40,287 nt of DNA from Cirrosporium novae-zelandiae (lineage: Eukaryota). A model generated the notes under the pieces. It was not told where the DNA came from. It made no database searches and was given only the letters and a program-made list of their open reading frames with translations. Shown here one piece after another: positions 12,241-23,938 of this stretch. Each line of letters opens with the position of its first letter. Position 1 is the stretch's first letter. Both the position numbers and the translations under genes were made by a program. The DNA lies in NCBI GenBank assembly GCA_026023565.1, contig JAPETS010000065.1:62001-102287 (forward strand), in the 5' to 3' direction.

Positions 12241-14265
12241 TCAGTCCCTCAAAACCTTATCCTGCATCCTCTCCCAGCAAACCTCGACATCCTCGCACAG
12301 CGTCAAGAACGCGTCATCATGTATGCAGTCTCTGAAAAGGGTTTCAAGCTCCTCTTGGCGGCTTTCAAAGGGCTGGCTGATGTATTTTGCGAGGGTGGGA
12401 GAAGAGCGCGTTTTGGGGGGTTGAGAGGGGAGGAGGAAGGAACCATCTGGTTGATGTGAAGGTGGAAGTGGGGGTAGAGGGTCTGGGAGATGGGAGGAGG
12501 AGGAGGGTGGAAGGGATTGTAGTTTTGGAGAATGGGTCTCTTCTTCCATTTCCTCAGGTGGCATATTGCTGGTGATTCTGTGGTTTTTTGAAGGAGCGGC
12601 CCTTTTTGGGGTTGGCTTTTTGATAGGCGGAGGGGGCTGAATGTCTGTAGCTGGGTCGTCGCTGTCTTCGATAGGATCTTGGGGAAGAGTCTCGTGGAGG
12701 TCTTTTGGTAGCCCCTTTTTGGGTGAAGCTTTGCGTTTTGCTGGGGATGGCTTAGGTTTTTCTGCAGCTTTCTTTGTGGTGGGGGGTTTTGAGGGGGTTT
12801 TGATAGGTGAGCTCTGTGGGGTTGGATTGGTAGTAGTGTTTGTATGCTTTGCGGTGGTCTCTTCGGAGATGTTGGTATCAGCCTCGTTGGCTGCTGTTGG
12901 AAGGTTGGATGCTGACTTCTTCGCGGCGAGAAGCTCATCTACTGTTGGGACAGGAGGGGATTGCATCTTTGCCCTTCCACCGCGGCGGCGGGTTGTAGGT
13001 TGCTTCTTAAGTGGACTCTTACCTTTAGGCTTATTGCCGGTATTGACCTTTTCTGCAGGAGCTGGAGGTTCAGCCTTGTCAAGGTTAGTGACATTCTCGT
13101 CAACGTATGTAGGTTTAGGAAGAGCAGGAAGGTCAGTAGTCGAAATATACATGGGTTGGTCGGTAACACTCATAGACCTTGCAATGGTAGGTGGCCGGTC
13201 GTTGTTTTGAGGCTTGGATAAGTTGAAAGGAAGTTCACGGCGTGGAGGTAGAAATTGACTAAGTGTTCCATGGTCTTGTGGCACGGGTGCCGTTGCCCGC
13301 CGTGCTGAGCTTTGAGAATTCAAGTTCATAGTTGGGGGGGTAGTAGGCTGAGCAAGCCATCCAACTTGAGAATCGTCATTTGGTAGTAGATCAGGGTATA
13401 ATTCATTGGTTGCAGTTAGGGGTTGATTGGTTGAATATTGTAGATGAGTGTGGGCATTCGTGGTAGTATATGCCCCGGTGGCTGTATTTGAGGATGTAGC
13501 ACTTGCAGACCTTTCAGTCCCGTCGAACTTGAGAACGGTGCCAATTGGCCGCATAGGATATATGGAAGATTCTGATTGCTGGTGGAAGAGAGGTACAGGT
13601 GGAGTTGGCGGTTTTTGGGAGCTTCTGGTCGAAGATGGTAGAGAACCTAGTTGAGACGGTGGTAGCTGTAGATAAGAGTTTGAATTGCCGGAAGACCTCA
13701 AAATGAAGCCGGCTCCCTCGAGTATACTTGTAGCTTGAGAGAAATCGGTTTCCAGGGTGAACCGCATTTGAAACCTCCGAGTCTAATTGCTACATATCAG
13801 CTACCGGTAGTGCCAACTAAGCGGAATTCATACAAGCCCAGAAGGCAAAGGATATCTGATTGCTATACGCGGTGACCTAACAACAATAATCACTGGAGGT
13901 TGAACATTCTGTAAGCCAAAGTCTTTAATCTTTTGTTCTGCTACAGCAGTCTCCCGCGAGAGACGATTCAAATCCAGGGTTTCCTGGAGCCAAGGCGATT
14001 AGACAAGAGTTTATATGTTACTAGGAAATAGAAGCTCAGGAAGAACAGGATTTGACGCAAACCCTACCATATTTTCTGTGCCTCGAGAGATCTTTAAGAG
14101 CTTGCGAGTATCCACTCCTCCATTAGCCGAATATACTGTAACCTCATCAAAGACGGCAAATAGATTGTTGAGTTCAGATACATGAGCCCAGTTGACTGTA
14201 GTGGACTGCTCGCTGACATTTGTAGCATATGAAAACCTGACGAGAGAGAAAACTATTGGTGCCAT
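12241..14265 (-). CDS. REC114: Rec114/Rec7-like meiotic double-strand-break formation protein, ~629 aa
   Basis: Exons 14265-14068, 13983-13834, 13782-12241 with GT-AG introns. The N-terminal PH-like region reads FSYATN..WAH..VRSPRIAIRYP..TRRFQMRF..DFSQA..IL, followed by a long low-complexity linker. The C-terminal helical motif LAKY..SRQEELETLFRDCIHDDAFLTLCEDVEVCWER matches the conserved Rec114 C-terminus as I recall it. Confidence 0.72.
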
Positions 14266-14733
14266 TGTATGGAACGTGGCATTAATATAGAGAAAGAGAG
14301 AAACCAGGAGAATGAATGTTAGCAATAGTGCAGTTCAGTAATAAATTATCTCTGGTAGTTTTCAATATACATATTATTCCATCTTCAAAGCTTGGTTAAT
14401 AATGAATGTGAAGGACGAAAGAGAGGTCAAAGTAAGAAATGGAGGTTGAGAAAAGGTTTCGGCTCTTCGGCTCTTCGGCCTGTAAAAGTTTACGCGCCGA
14501 CGAGTCCCGGCGTAAAGAATTTCCTTGGCTGTAATGTTGCTAGGAGCTTAATGTGAATGAATGCGACTGCAGAAGGCAGAAAATAAATCAACACTGAACT
14601 AAGCTAAGACACGCTTCACATCGAAGGAAATCCCAACTCTTCCTGCATCCCTGCATCCCTTCAAGTTAAAACAGACTGATGCAGCAGTGACACCGATTCA
14701 CCTCAGGGACCATCTTCCTTGTCATACCCAAAC

Positions 14734-17700
14734 ATGGAGCTCGACGATGGCCTCACGGACGACCAGTTCCTAGCTGACCTTGCTGAATATCATACTAATC
14801 GAGGGTAAGTTTTAGTCAAGAAGTACGAGAATTTAGATGATACTAATACTTGGTGTATAGCACCACCTTGGATCGCGAACCACGAGTCGCTAATCGGCCA
14901 GTGAACCTCCATAAACTATACCTGAATATCAATCTCAAACACGGTGGATATGATGAGGTATCTCACAAGAGATTGGGCTGGAGAGAGCTTTCTAAAGAGT
15001 TTCGATTGGGTGATAATGCGACTTCTGCATTCAGTCTGAAGACAGTTTATTATAGAAATCTTGCGTACGAACACACCACCTTCAGAGTCCCCCTTCGTTT
15101 TTACCCTCTTTAGTTCAAGTACAAACTCTGACTGAACCATAGCGCATACGAAATACAAAAGTTCCGCCATAAGACACCTCCTCCACCTCAAATCCTCGAA
15201 GAAATATCCGCAAAGGGCGGCGATCTCCTTAACCGTACCATCAAATCCTTCAAACCTCCTGACAAAACAAAGCTCATCAATGGCACAAGTTCTCAAGAAA
15301 TAATGGAACGAGGTCAAAACTCACCAGCTGATAAAATGGACGTTGATGAGAATGGGCTTACAAGACGAAGTAAGCTGATCATAGCATAATTCCTATATCA
15401 GCTATGCTAATATAACCCCAGACCTTCGGCAGAACCCCACTCCCGCACGTCATTATCAACCTGATACCTCTTCCACCCGTCAGACACGTCAGTCCTCTGG
15501 TCATGCTCAATCCCCGCAGCCAACTCCAACATATAACAATGTTGGAAGTTATTCGCCAAACCCCTCTGCAAATCCAAATAGCATGTCGTTTCAAGCTGCG
15601 AACTACGAACCTAGGCCTGAAGCCCCGCTTACGATGCGACCCGTCATCACGCCAGGGTACAACCCAAGCCTTTACGAGGAGAAACGACGGGATAGGAAAC
15701 GACTTTTGAGTGATAGTGCAAGCCTGACGGGGTCTTATCCCACCTATGATTCCGGCGTAATGCTTCCTGGAAGTAAGTCACAATGTCTACATTTTTTAGA
15801 GTCTCAGCAAAAGAAAATTCTCTCTTTTGTACTTCCTTCCAATCTCAATGTACCTTCTTTCCTTGAGCATCGACCAGAAAGGAGCGCAAAAGTTGTCAAA
15901 GTAGCTCAGTAGCTCATTGATGCGGGTGCTACAACATTTCCTGAAAATGGGCCATTCCAATCTACCCTCCACAAAGCTGTCCGCTTGGAAAAGGAGGTGA
16001 TTAGAGAATCGCTTGAAAGCCAGAAATGACCAAATGTTGGGCTACGCTTACCAAGACTTGCCAAACGATTCCCTCTTGAAACCCTGCGAGCCCAAGAGAT
16101 GATTGACACAAATTCTTATACCACCAAAACCCGTTTTGATGAGATCGCTTGTGAATTAGCACAACTTGCCCATTCCACACCAGCCCCACATATCCCTGGA
16201 TTTCATACAGATTCCCCAAGTCATAAAATTTCCTGTAATACAAATATTATTCCTGCGAAAGTTGTCACTGTTTATCCTGATATGGTTCCTAACGCAACTT
16301 GAATGCAGCTGGATTCCCAGGTCCGAATATCTATGTCCGATGCCTTCGGTCCCTTCAATCGGTGATTCCCACAGAACAGGACTTCGCTTTACACCACCTC
16401 GTCAAGGTCTCTTTTGAACGAGGCGACAAATTCAAATTCGACGCATTTCCTGGTCTTGCAGAGGCATTAATCCGGAAAGTATTGGATATCAGCTCTCTTT
16501 ACTTTGACGTAGAGTGGGAGATATCTTATGAAGATGATGGCGCAGCTATGATGGTGACAAAGATTTTAGATGGGGTTAATGGCACACCTAATATCCTAGA
16601 CAAAATCAAGTTCCTTGAGTTGAAACCACTACAAGACGTTGAATGGCAGGATGAGGACTTTCAGTTGCAGTTAACTTTGTGCGTTGAAGCTGCACTTGTG
16701 CTGCGCAATATGGTCTGCCTTGAGGAGAACGCAAAATTTGTTGCTGGAATGCCAATTCTCCAGGACCTCCTTTGCATCACACTCAACCTACCAAAAAATG
16801 GAGTTTTGGATGAACTGCAAAATTACTCTCTGGAAATTGCCGAAGAAGTGACCAGACATTGGTGTCTTGAGGCTGATAGTCCTTTGTACACTTCACTGCT
16901 CTCCCAACTGTACAGTGATGATAGAGGAGTCATATTGTGCTCGCTCAGAGCAATCAGTCGCATTTCTATGTACCGTGAAGAAATGCACTATCTTAGAGGT
17001 GTTCCTGATGTGGCTCTTCAATCTGCAATTGGCTGGTTACTTCTTGAAGATGATGACCTCAAACAAGCCGCGCTCGACTTTTTGTACCAGTTTACTCTCG
17101 TCGATAAAAACGTTGATTCCATGCTTGGCAAAAGAGCCATTAACCTTGCAGGTTTATGTCGAGACCTTGCCCGACATTGTTTCTTTGGGGCTGTAGAAAC
17201 GGAAGAAAAAGAGATGATTAAACCAGAGACTAAAGCCCCAGCCCCAACTGTCATTCCTGATACGCCTCGTGATCGACTGGCAGAAATTATCAGAAAACCA
17301 GAGCCAGAGCGTAGTTCACAGTGGCTAAAAACGTGTTTCAAGGAAGACCCGGATAGCGATATTACCCAGATTGAACTTTGGAAAGCCTACCAAGCCCGCT
17401 TCTCAATCTACAACCCTGCCTTGAACCTTCCTGCAGCGGACTTTATCAAGAATGTGAGCAATACCTTCAACGGTGCCAATGCACAAGTCATCAGCGAACC
17501 GGTTCAGAAATTCATCATCAAGGGGATTCGCCCGCGTCATTACCCAGTCGACGAGCATGGGAAGAAATATCTTCGTTGTCTATGGCAAACCGAACACGGG
17601 GAGTGCGGAGATTACATCAAGGATGCTCGGGGCATGATCGATCATATCATGGAAGTTCATCTCGGCCAAAGGCGGCAATTAGATGGCACATTCGAGAATA

Positions 17701-18218
17701 GCTTATCCTCAAGCCCACTTATTTGTGAATGGAATCATTGCCAAAAATTTGCGGCTCAAAATGGCACCACTCATCTAAAGGACTTTCGTGCGCACATTCT
17801 AGTCCATATGCCCTATCCCGAGGACACTCCCAATATCACACCCGGGCATTTCGCACAAAATCGACCACATAGTCCCGATATCGTTCAAGAGGCAGAATAT
17901 AGAACCATTAAGCTACAGAATACACTAGTCGATGAACATGGAGACCCTTGTGGCATTGCGTATACAAGTACACTTGTGCTTCGTAACATCGGCAAGGCTC
18001 TCCTAAGGAAAGATGGTGAAGGGCGTTTTGAGTGGACGTTGAAAGTGCTGGGACCTATCAAAGACGTTCTACTTAACAGCCTCACATACAATCGGGTTCT
18101 TGCAGCCAATGTCAGTGATGTGATAATGATGATTCAAAGAGCTTCCGCGCATTTGAACGGGGGGCCTGCAGAAGATGTAGCCGGTGTTACCGACTCTCGC
18201 ATATCTGAATCGGTTTAA
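14734..18218 (+). CDS. RSC9: RSC chromatin-remodelling complex subunit Rsc9 (ARID domain, armadillo-like region, RFX-type winged helix, C2H2-like motifs), ~920 aa
   Basis: Exons 14734-14804, 14861-15064, 15143-15369, 15422-15772, 16309-18218. ARID domain: LDREPRV..VNLHKLY..GGYDEVS..W..LKTVYYRNLAAYEI. Other motifs: GVMLPG|TGFPGPNIYVRCL..EQDFALHHLVKVSFERGDKF and PEPERSSQWL..F..ITQIELWKAYQ..F..AADFIKNVS..F..A.AQVI..KFIIKGIRPR. Confidence 0.92.
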
Positions 18219-18874
18219 AGGGATTAGGTAGGATTAAACATGCATACGGATATGCGACTGGCGTTGATGGTGGTCAAAGGGATACTGCTGGTTATATCCT
18301 AATCATGGAAGGAAGGCTCGATTTTTTAATAGTAAGGGTCATTATGATGGCGAACGCGCGGAAAATCTCTACCTTGATACCCACAAAAAGGCTCATTGAT
18401 TTTCTGTCTATTTGTAAGTGGCTGTTCAGGATTGATCCGGCCTCCAGTAAGATGATGTATCGAATATTCAGATTCGGTATATAGGACCGTTCCCATATAA
18501 ATTCAGCTATCTGACTAAAATGAAGAATGCATTTCCATCTAGATATGTAGTAAGAATGTAATAAGTTGGGAGTGAGAGACGTAAGGCTGAATAACTTCTT
18601 AACAGAGTTTGGTTTGGTCTCGGAGATTTCCAAACGAGATGACGTGCAGATTTTCTTACCCGTCGACACGCATGACTCGGATTTCATGATGAATCAACAC
18701 ACTGTCGCAATCACCTTCATTTAACACGTCTAGGGAAACCTTTATTCTTAAGGACCGAAGTGGCATCACATTGTCACGCACTCTTTTCTATTGTTTAAAA
18801 ATTCTATCTGAATATGAGATCTGTTAATAACACCCATCGAGGACTATTATTTATCGGCAAAAAATTTCTTGAAG

Positions 18875-20615
18875 ATGGGTGAACTCGAACAGCTAGAAGT
18901 ATGTTGCTCGTTTTGTTACATTTCCCTGCTTATATCCAGGTGTACGCGCCTTACTGAGACTCACTTCTTAGAAAGATTATTGTCCCCCGATTGACAGCGC
19001 CTTATTCCTGTCCATCATTAGCGATTACGATCTAGCTGTTGTCGCTGAACTTGAGGCAGCGAAGGAAGTTCTTGATCAGATCAAGTTAAGTGCGATCGAA
19101 GAGGATAACTTATTGTTCGATCCTTCAGGAAGCAGTGGTTTCGCAGCGAACAACGGCGCCTCTGAACCAACTGATTCGACCCCAGAAGGGACTACACCAA
19201 GTCATAACACGGATGTGACTGGTACATCACTCTCGCTATCTTCCTGGGGTAATGAGGATTGCGCCTCGCGTCATGGCAAAGGATCGACTTCATCCTCAGA
19301 TGAGGTTCCAAAGGACTATTTCCAACATTGTAATGCGTCGGAGGAACAGAAGATCGTGATCTTGAAGGACATGTTTAGTCGCACAGACATAGATGAATAT
19401 ACAGTGAAATCTACCCTGCGGAAAAATGGATGGGATGTGGACCGTGCCATGGAAGAGCTCCTCAACCATGTCTTTTTCTTGGATGAGGCAGGTGATACCG
19501 AAAACACAGTGACTATTCCAAAGGGAATAGATGGTTTTGGTGAAGACAATGGCTATCACCATGCCAAAGGCAAAGGAAAAGGCAAGAAAAGGAATGGCAG
19601 AAAGCTCTCCAAAACAACTGATCTACCAGGAGGTCCATCATCGTCTTCATCGTCCAGCGATAACATTAGCAGTACCAGTAAATGGGCAACAGCCCATGGG
19701 GATATTGATTTTCTCGCATCGAGAACTAGTCTCACCAAAACCTCTGTTTCTCATCGGTATCACCTTCATGGAGGATCATTATCAGCAACGATCACAAGTC
19801 TAATTACCGATACGATTTCTGACGCAACCAAATACGTAGTTACCGATCCTATGCTGGAAGAAAATACTACAGAACTAAAAAATGACTTTCCGTCTTTGCC
19901 TGTAGCTCATGTCCGCGCTCTCCTTATTCTCACGTCCCCGTCGACTGCATCGGCCCACGAGTTGGCAAAAGCGCTCCTGGCAAATTCCTGTTCTAGTACC
20001 GGCGCACTTGTCCCAAATCCCAGCGGCGGCTTAAAAATCATTCTCAAACCGGCGCCTATAGACCTCTCCTCGTCTCCCCCTACATCTCCGACAGCGAATC
20101 ACACAGGCATCGGTTCGGCACTTTCCCATTCCACAGCTGCGCACCTTGCCAGCACACATTCCCTTGCCGGCACTACTGCTTTCAACCAGGCATCATCCGC
20201 ATACCGGCGCGCAAAATCCGACCACTTATACGGTGCCGTAGCGGCATATTATTCCTCCGTAGGCCGTGAGCACGCCACAAAAGCGTCGGCCCTCCGCTCT
20301 TCCGCCGCCGATGCACTCGTGGCTTCGCAATCCCGGTCCGACCAACTCGATCTCCATGGCGTGAGTGTCAAGGATGGAGTCCGAATAGCAAAGCAGAGGG
20401 TAGAAAGTTGGTGGGATGGTTTGGGGGAAGATAGGGCTCGCGGGTGGGGTGGGAGCGCGGGAAGAGAATTTAGAATTGTTACGGGATTGGGAAGACATAG
20501 CGAGGGGGGGCGTGCGAAGCTGGGACCTGCGGTTGGAAAGATGTTGGTGGGTGAAGGTTGGAGAGTTGAAATAGGGAGTGGGGTTGTTGTTGTGCGTGGC
20601 AAGGCAAGAAGATGA
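18875..20615 (+). CDS. CUE2: CUE + DUF1771 + Smr domain endonuclease (Cue2-like, no-go decay), ~555 aa
   Basis: Exon 1 18875-18898 (MGELEQLE), intron 18899-18971, exon 2 18972-20615 (KDYCPPIDSALF..). CUE-like motif LKDMF..VKSTL..DVDRAMEELLN. DUF1771-like A..AYRRAKSD..YGAVAAYY. Smr domain LDLHGVSVKDGV..IVTGLGRHS..G. Confidence 0.8.
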
Positions 20616-20754
20616 TGATTGATGATGGCCAAAATCCATATCTATCGTCCGTCCCTTGCTAAGACAAAAACTACCTACTACGACATGGAATACGACGACC
20701 GCTATAACTGGTAGCAACCACTCACTTTTGATACGTCCTATGAATAGCCCCGAG

Positions 20755-20781
20755 ACAACAACAACAACAACAACAACAACA
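20755..20781. repeat. (ACA)9 microsatellite
   Basis: ACAACAACA... run directly visible 3' of the Smr gene. Confidence 0.9.
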
Positions 20782-22171
20782 AACAACCAAACGATTTTGG
20801 GGACTTATAATCGGAGCGCGACTCCAATATCTTCTGCCTTGGGCGTTGGATAAAAATATTCAATATTAGAAAGAGTTTTTTATAACCTTTCTTTCGTGAT
20901 TATTTGATACCACTGCTGCGATGAATAGAGATCAATGACAAATAAGTTAATAGTACCCAGATACCAACCACTAAGAAAACTTCCTTTTTCAGTATTGTAT
21001 CGTGACTTTCAATACTTTTAAAACCCGAACCCTCCCTTCCATCAGCAAAAAAATAAAATAAAAAAAATGACAGTAACTAACTTTATACCCCCCCCCCCTC
21101 CCCCCCTTCATTACACCCAATCCCCTTCACTCGTCGACTCATTGAACAACTAGCAAACATCTCATCTCATCCTCTCCCCCCTTCCATTATTAAATTTATT
21201 TTATCTGCAAAATGGAACAAACCATCCACTCATTCCAGCTAGCGACAGGGTAATTAAAAGATAATTAAATCTGACGGGATCAGGAGGAGGACCTCCCGGC
21301 GTACTGTATGTGTATATTCCAACTTACCAAAGCAAGCATGTATGAACGGCTTCCGGGCTTTAGCTTTAGGTCCCCATGAACAGAGTAATTAGAACCGCAC
21401 TCGCCTTACTAATTATCATTGCCCTCGACCGAAATTTCCCACCTACTACCTATCTATTACTTGTACTGTACCTAAAGCTCTACTCCCCTTACCAATGGGA
21501 TGAATATGCCACCGCCACCCCGTTCTTGACGTTCCCCAGTATATATATGTCTGGTGCTCCAATCTTGTTTGAATAAAAACATCACCCTAATCCCAAATCG
21601 CGGAAATATAAAACCTAATAACTCCGTTCCAACTCTCCCCCGAACCCTATTAACTACCACCATCATGGATCGCGTATCCCGTACGTATTTATTACTAAAG
21701 AAGCAGAAAAAGCATCCATATAGGAAATAAACGCATGAGATATGTATATGTATATATTCTTTTTGCACTAGCATTGGCAGTTATAATAATTATAATAGAG
21801 GAGGAAGAAGAAGAAGGAGAAGGGTGGGTTAAATACTACGAGTCTACGAGAGACTAGAGTGGAGTGTTAAGGATATAGTTATTAGGGCTGGGGGGCTTGG
21901 GGGAGGCTATTTAAAGAATAATTTAGAAATGAGAAGTTTGTGTTTGAAATATCCCTTTGTTATTGTGGTTGTTAGGATTTCTGTAGAGTAGAAACCCCTA
22001 AGAAGTGTTATACTTCCTCCCCTGGCTTGCTGAGCTCTAGAGCTCAACTAACTAACTATATATGAATGAATGGATTTTTTTCTTATCCTGGACCCGAGAC
22101 ATTAACTTTATCCTTGTATCTTCGTTGGTTGATAGTTGTGGATATGAGGATGTCTGAAAAAAAGAAGCCAT

Positions 22172-23938
22172 TCAATGAGTTGCAAGAGCTTCGGTAGCAT
22201 CTTGGATTCTCTTTCCTAATCCTGGATTGACTCGGGTGAACATTTCTGTAATGAAGGAGGAAGGGAAGTGTTAGCCTGTTGTGCTTTGTTGTGCCTGTGC
22301 GGGTGATTGATATGATGGGGGGGGAATTCTTACTGTATGTTTCTTTCCTACCCTCGGGGATTGCACCCTTCAAATGGCATGAGATGTTGTATATAAAATT
22401 ATCCTGCTGCCCGTTCTGTTTCCCCAGTACTTCCCAGAACATTCTTGGCTGTTCGAAATCCGCATCTGTGACCTCCGAGGTGAAAATGCAAACCTCGCCG
22501 ACCCACCTATCGTGCTGGCTCTGGCCTTTAGCGCCGATGTTACCTTTGAACGTGACGGGTCGACGTGTGGAGCGGACATAGTTAGGGTCCCCTCCGTAGT
22601 TGGACTTCAAGGTCATGAGGCCGTCACGCTGATAGGGACAGTATACCGGGGAGACTGCGGCGTTGCAAGGGAGCTGTTGATAGTTCACTCCCAGGCGATA
22701 GCGCGCCGCGTCTGGGTATGCGAACATGCGGGCTTGGAGGAGAGGATCTGCGGAGGGTGCGATGCCGGGGACCATGGTGGAGGGGGAGAAGGAGGCTTGC
22801 TCGATGTCTGCGAAGTAGTTTTCTGGGTTTTTGTTTAGGGTTAATTTGCCGACCGGGACGAGGGGGAAGTCGACGTGTGGCCACACTTTTGTCACGTCGA
22901 AGATGTTCCAGCGATAGCTTTCTGCTTCCGATGGGCTCATGACTTGGATGTAGAGGGTCCAGCTTGGGTAATCGCCGCGCTCGATGGCGGTGAAGAGGTC
23001 TTCTGTGTGGTGGTCTGGGTGCTCGCCTGCGAGTTTGACGGCTTCATCTTGGGCGAGGGTTTTGATCCCTTGGTTGGTTTTGAAGTGGAATTTGACGTAG
23101 CTAAAGGTTCCATCGTCCTTGGTTAGTTTGTAGGTGTGGTTACCGTAGCTATTGAGGTTGCGAACAGAGGTGGGGACTCCTCGGTCACTAAAGAGTACCA
23201 TTAGTGCGTGGATTCCTTCTTGGTTGTTGTTGTGGAAATCCCAGAACATGGTGGAGTCAGATAGATTGCTTCGTGGGTTTCGTTTATGTGACCGGTTTAC
23301 GGATGGGAATTTGACCGGATCACGGACGAAGAAGATGGGGATGTCGTTGAAGACAAAGTCCTGGTTGCCTTCTTCGGTGTAGATTTTCATGCCCCATCCT
23401 CGGACATCTCTAACGCTATCTGCAGAACCTCGTTCAGGCCCGACTGTGGATATGCGCAAAAGGACTTTCGACTTTTTGCCAATGCCGTTGAGGAAGGCAG
23501 CGGAGGTGAGAGATGAGATGTCGTGGGTTACCTCGAATTCTCCGAATGCGCCAGCAGCTTTAGCATGGACGACTCTATTATTATAGCTTGTTTCAATTGA
23601 AAATCCTTATACATATGAGCTTAATGATGGTATGGGAAGGGTATACCGTTCTGGAATACGCTCTCGAGAGAAGTGAGCTAGCGTCTCAATAAGCTGTGTA
23701 TCTTGAAGAAGGAGAAGCCCCTCAATGGATTGGCGCCCGAAGTGCTGAACCGTAGTTGGATCCGCATATGGGCATCCTAGAGTAGGTCAATTCATGGTCA
23801 AAAACCTCTTGGTAGATGCGATGGATGAACCTTCAGCCAAGGTATAGGTTGGTGCATCTGTATACTAGCTTATCGTCAGTCTACGTTTTCAACAAAAGCG
23901 ATTCAAGGGAGGATATAAACTTGAGTATTAGAATCCAT
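22172..23938 (-). CDS. Monofunctional small-subunit heme catalase, ~498 aa
   Basis: Exons 23938-23921, 23864-23831, 23776-23647, 23574-22334, 22245-22172. Active-site signature LAHFSRERIPER|VVHAK, then STVGPERGSADSVRDVRG, DFVFNDIPIFFVRDP and the proximal Tyr motif LQARMFAYPDAARYRLG. Spliced C-terminus is ..DATEALATH with no PTS1. Confidence 0.95.

Noticed and set aside
15910..15912. TAG in the RSC9 intron as an A-to-I-edited premature stop
   Set aside because: A further in-frame TGA follows at 16027, and canonical splicing already yields the conserved MLPGTGF.GPNIY junction.
22083..22333. ORF-track C-terminal extension of catalase (..VNVSGPG)
   Set aside because: It is read-through of a canonical intron (22333-22246). 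The spliced end KMFTRVNPGLGKRI.. fits the catalase C-terminal helix.
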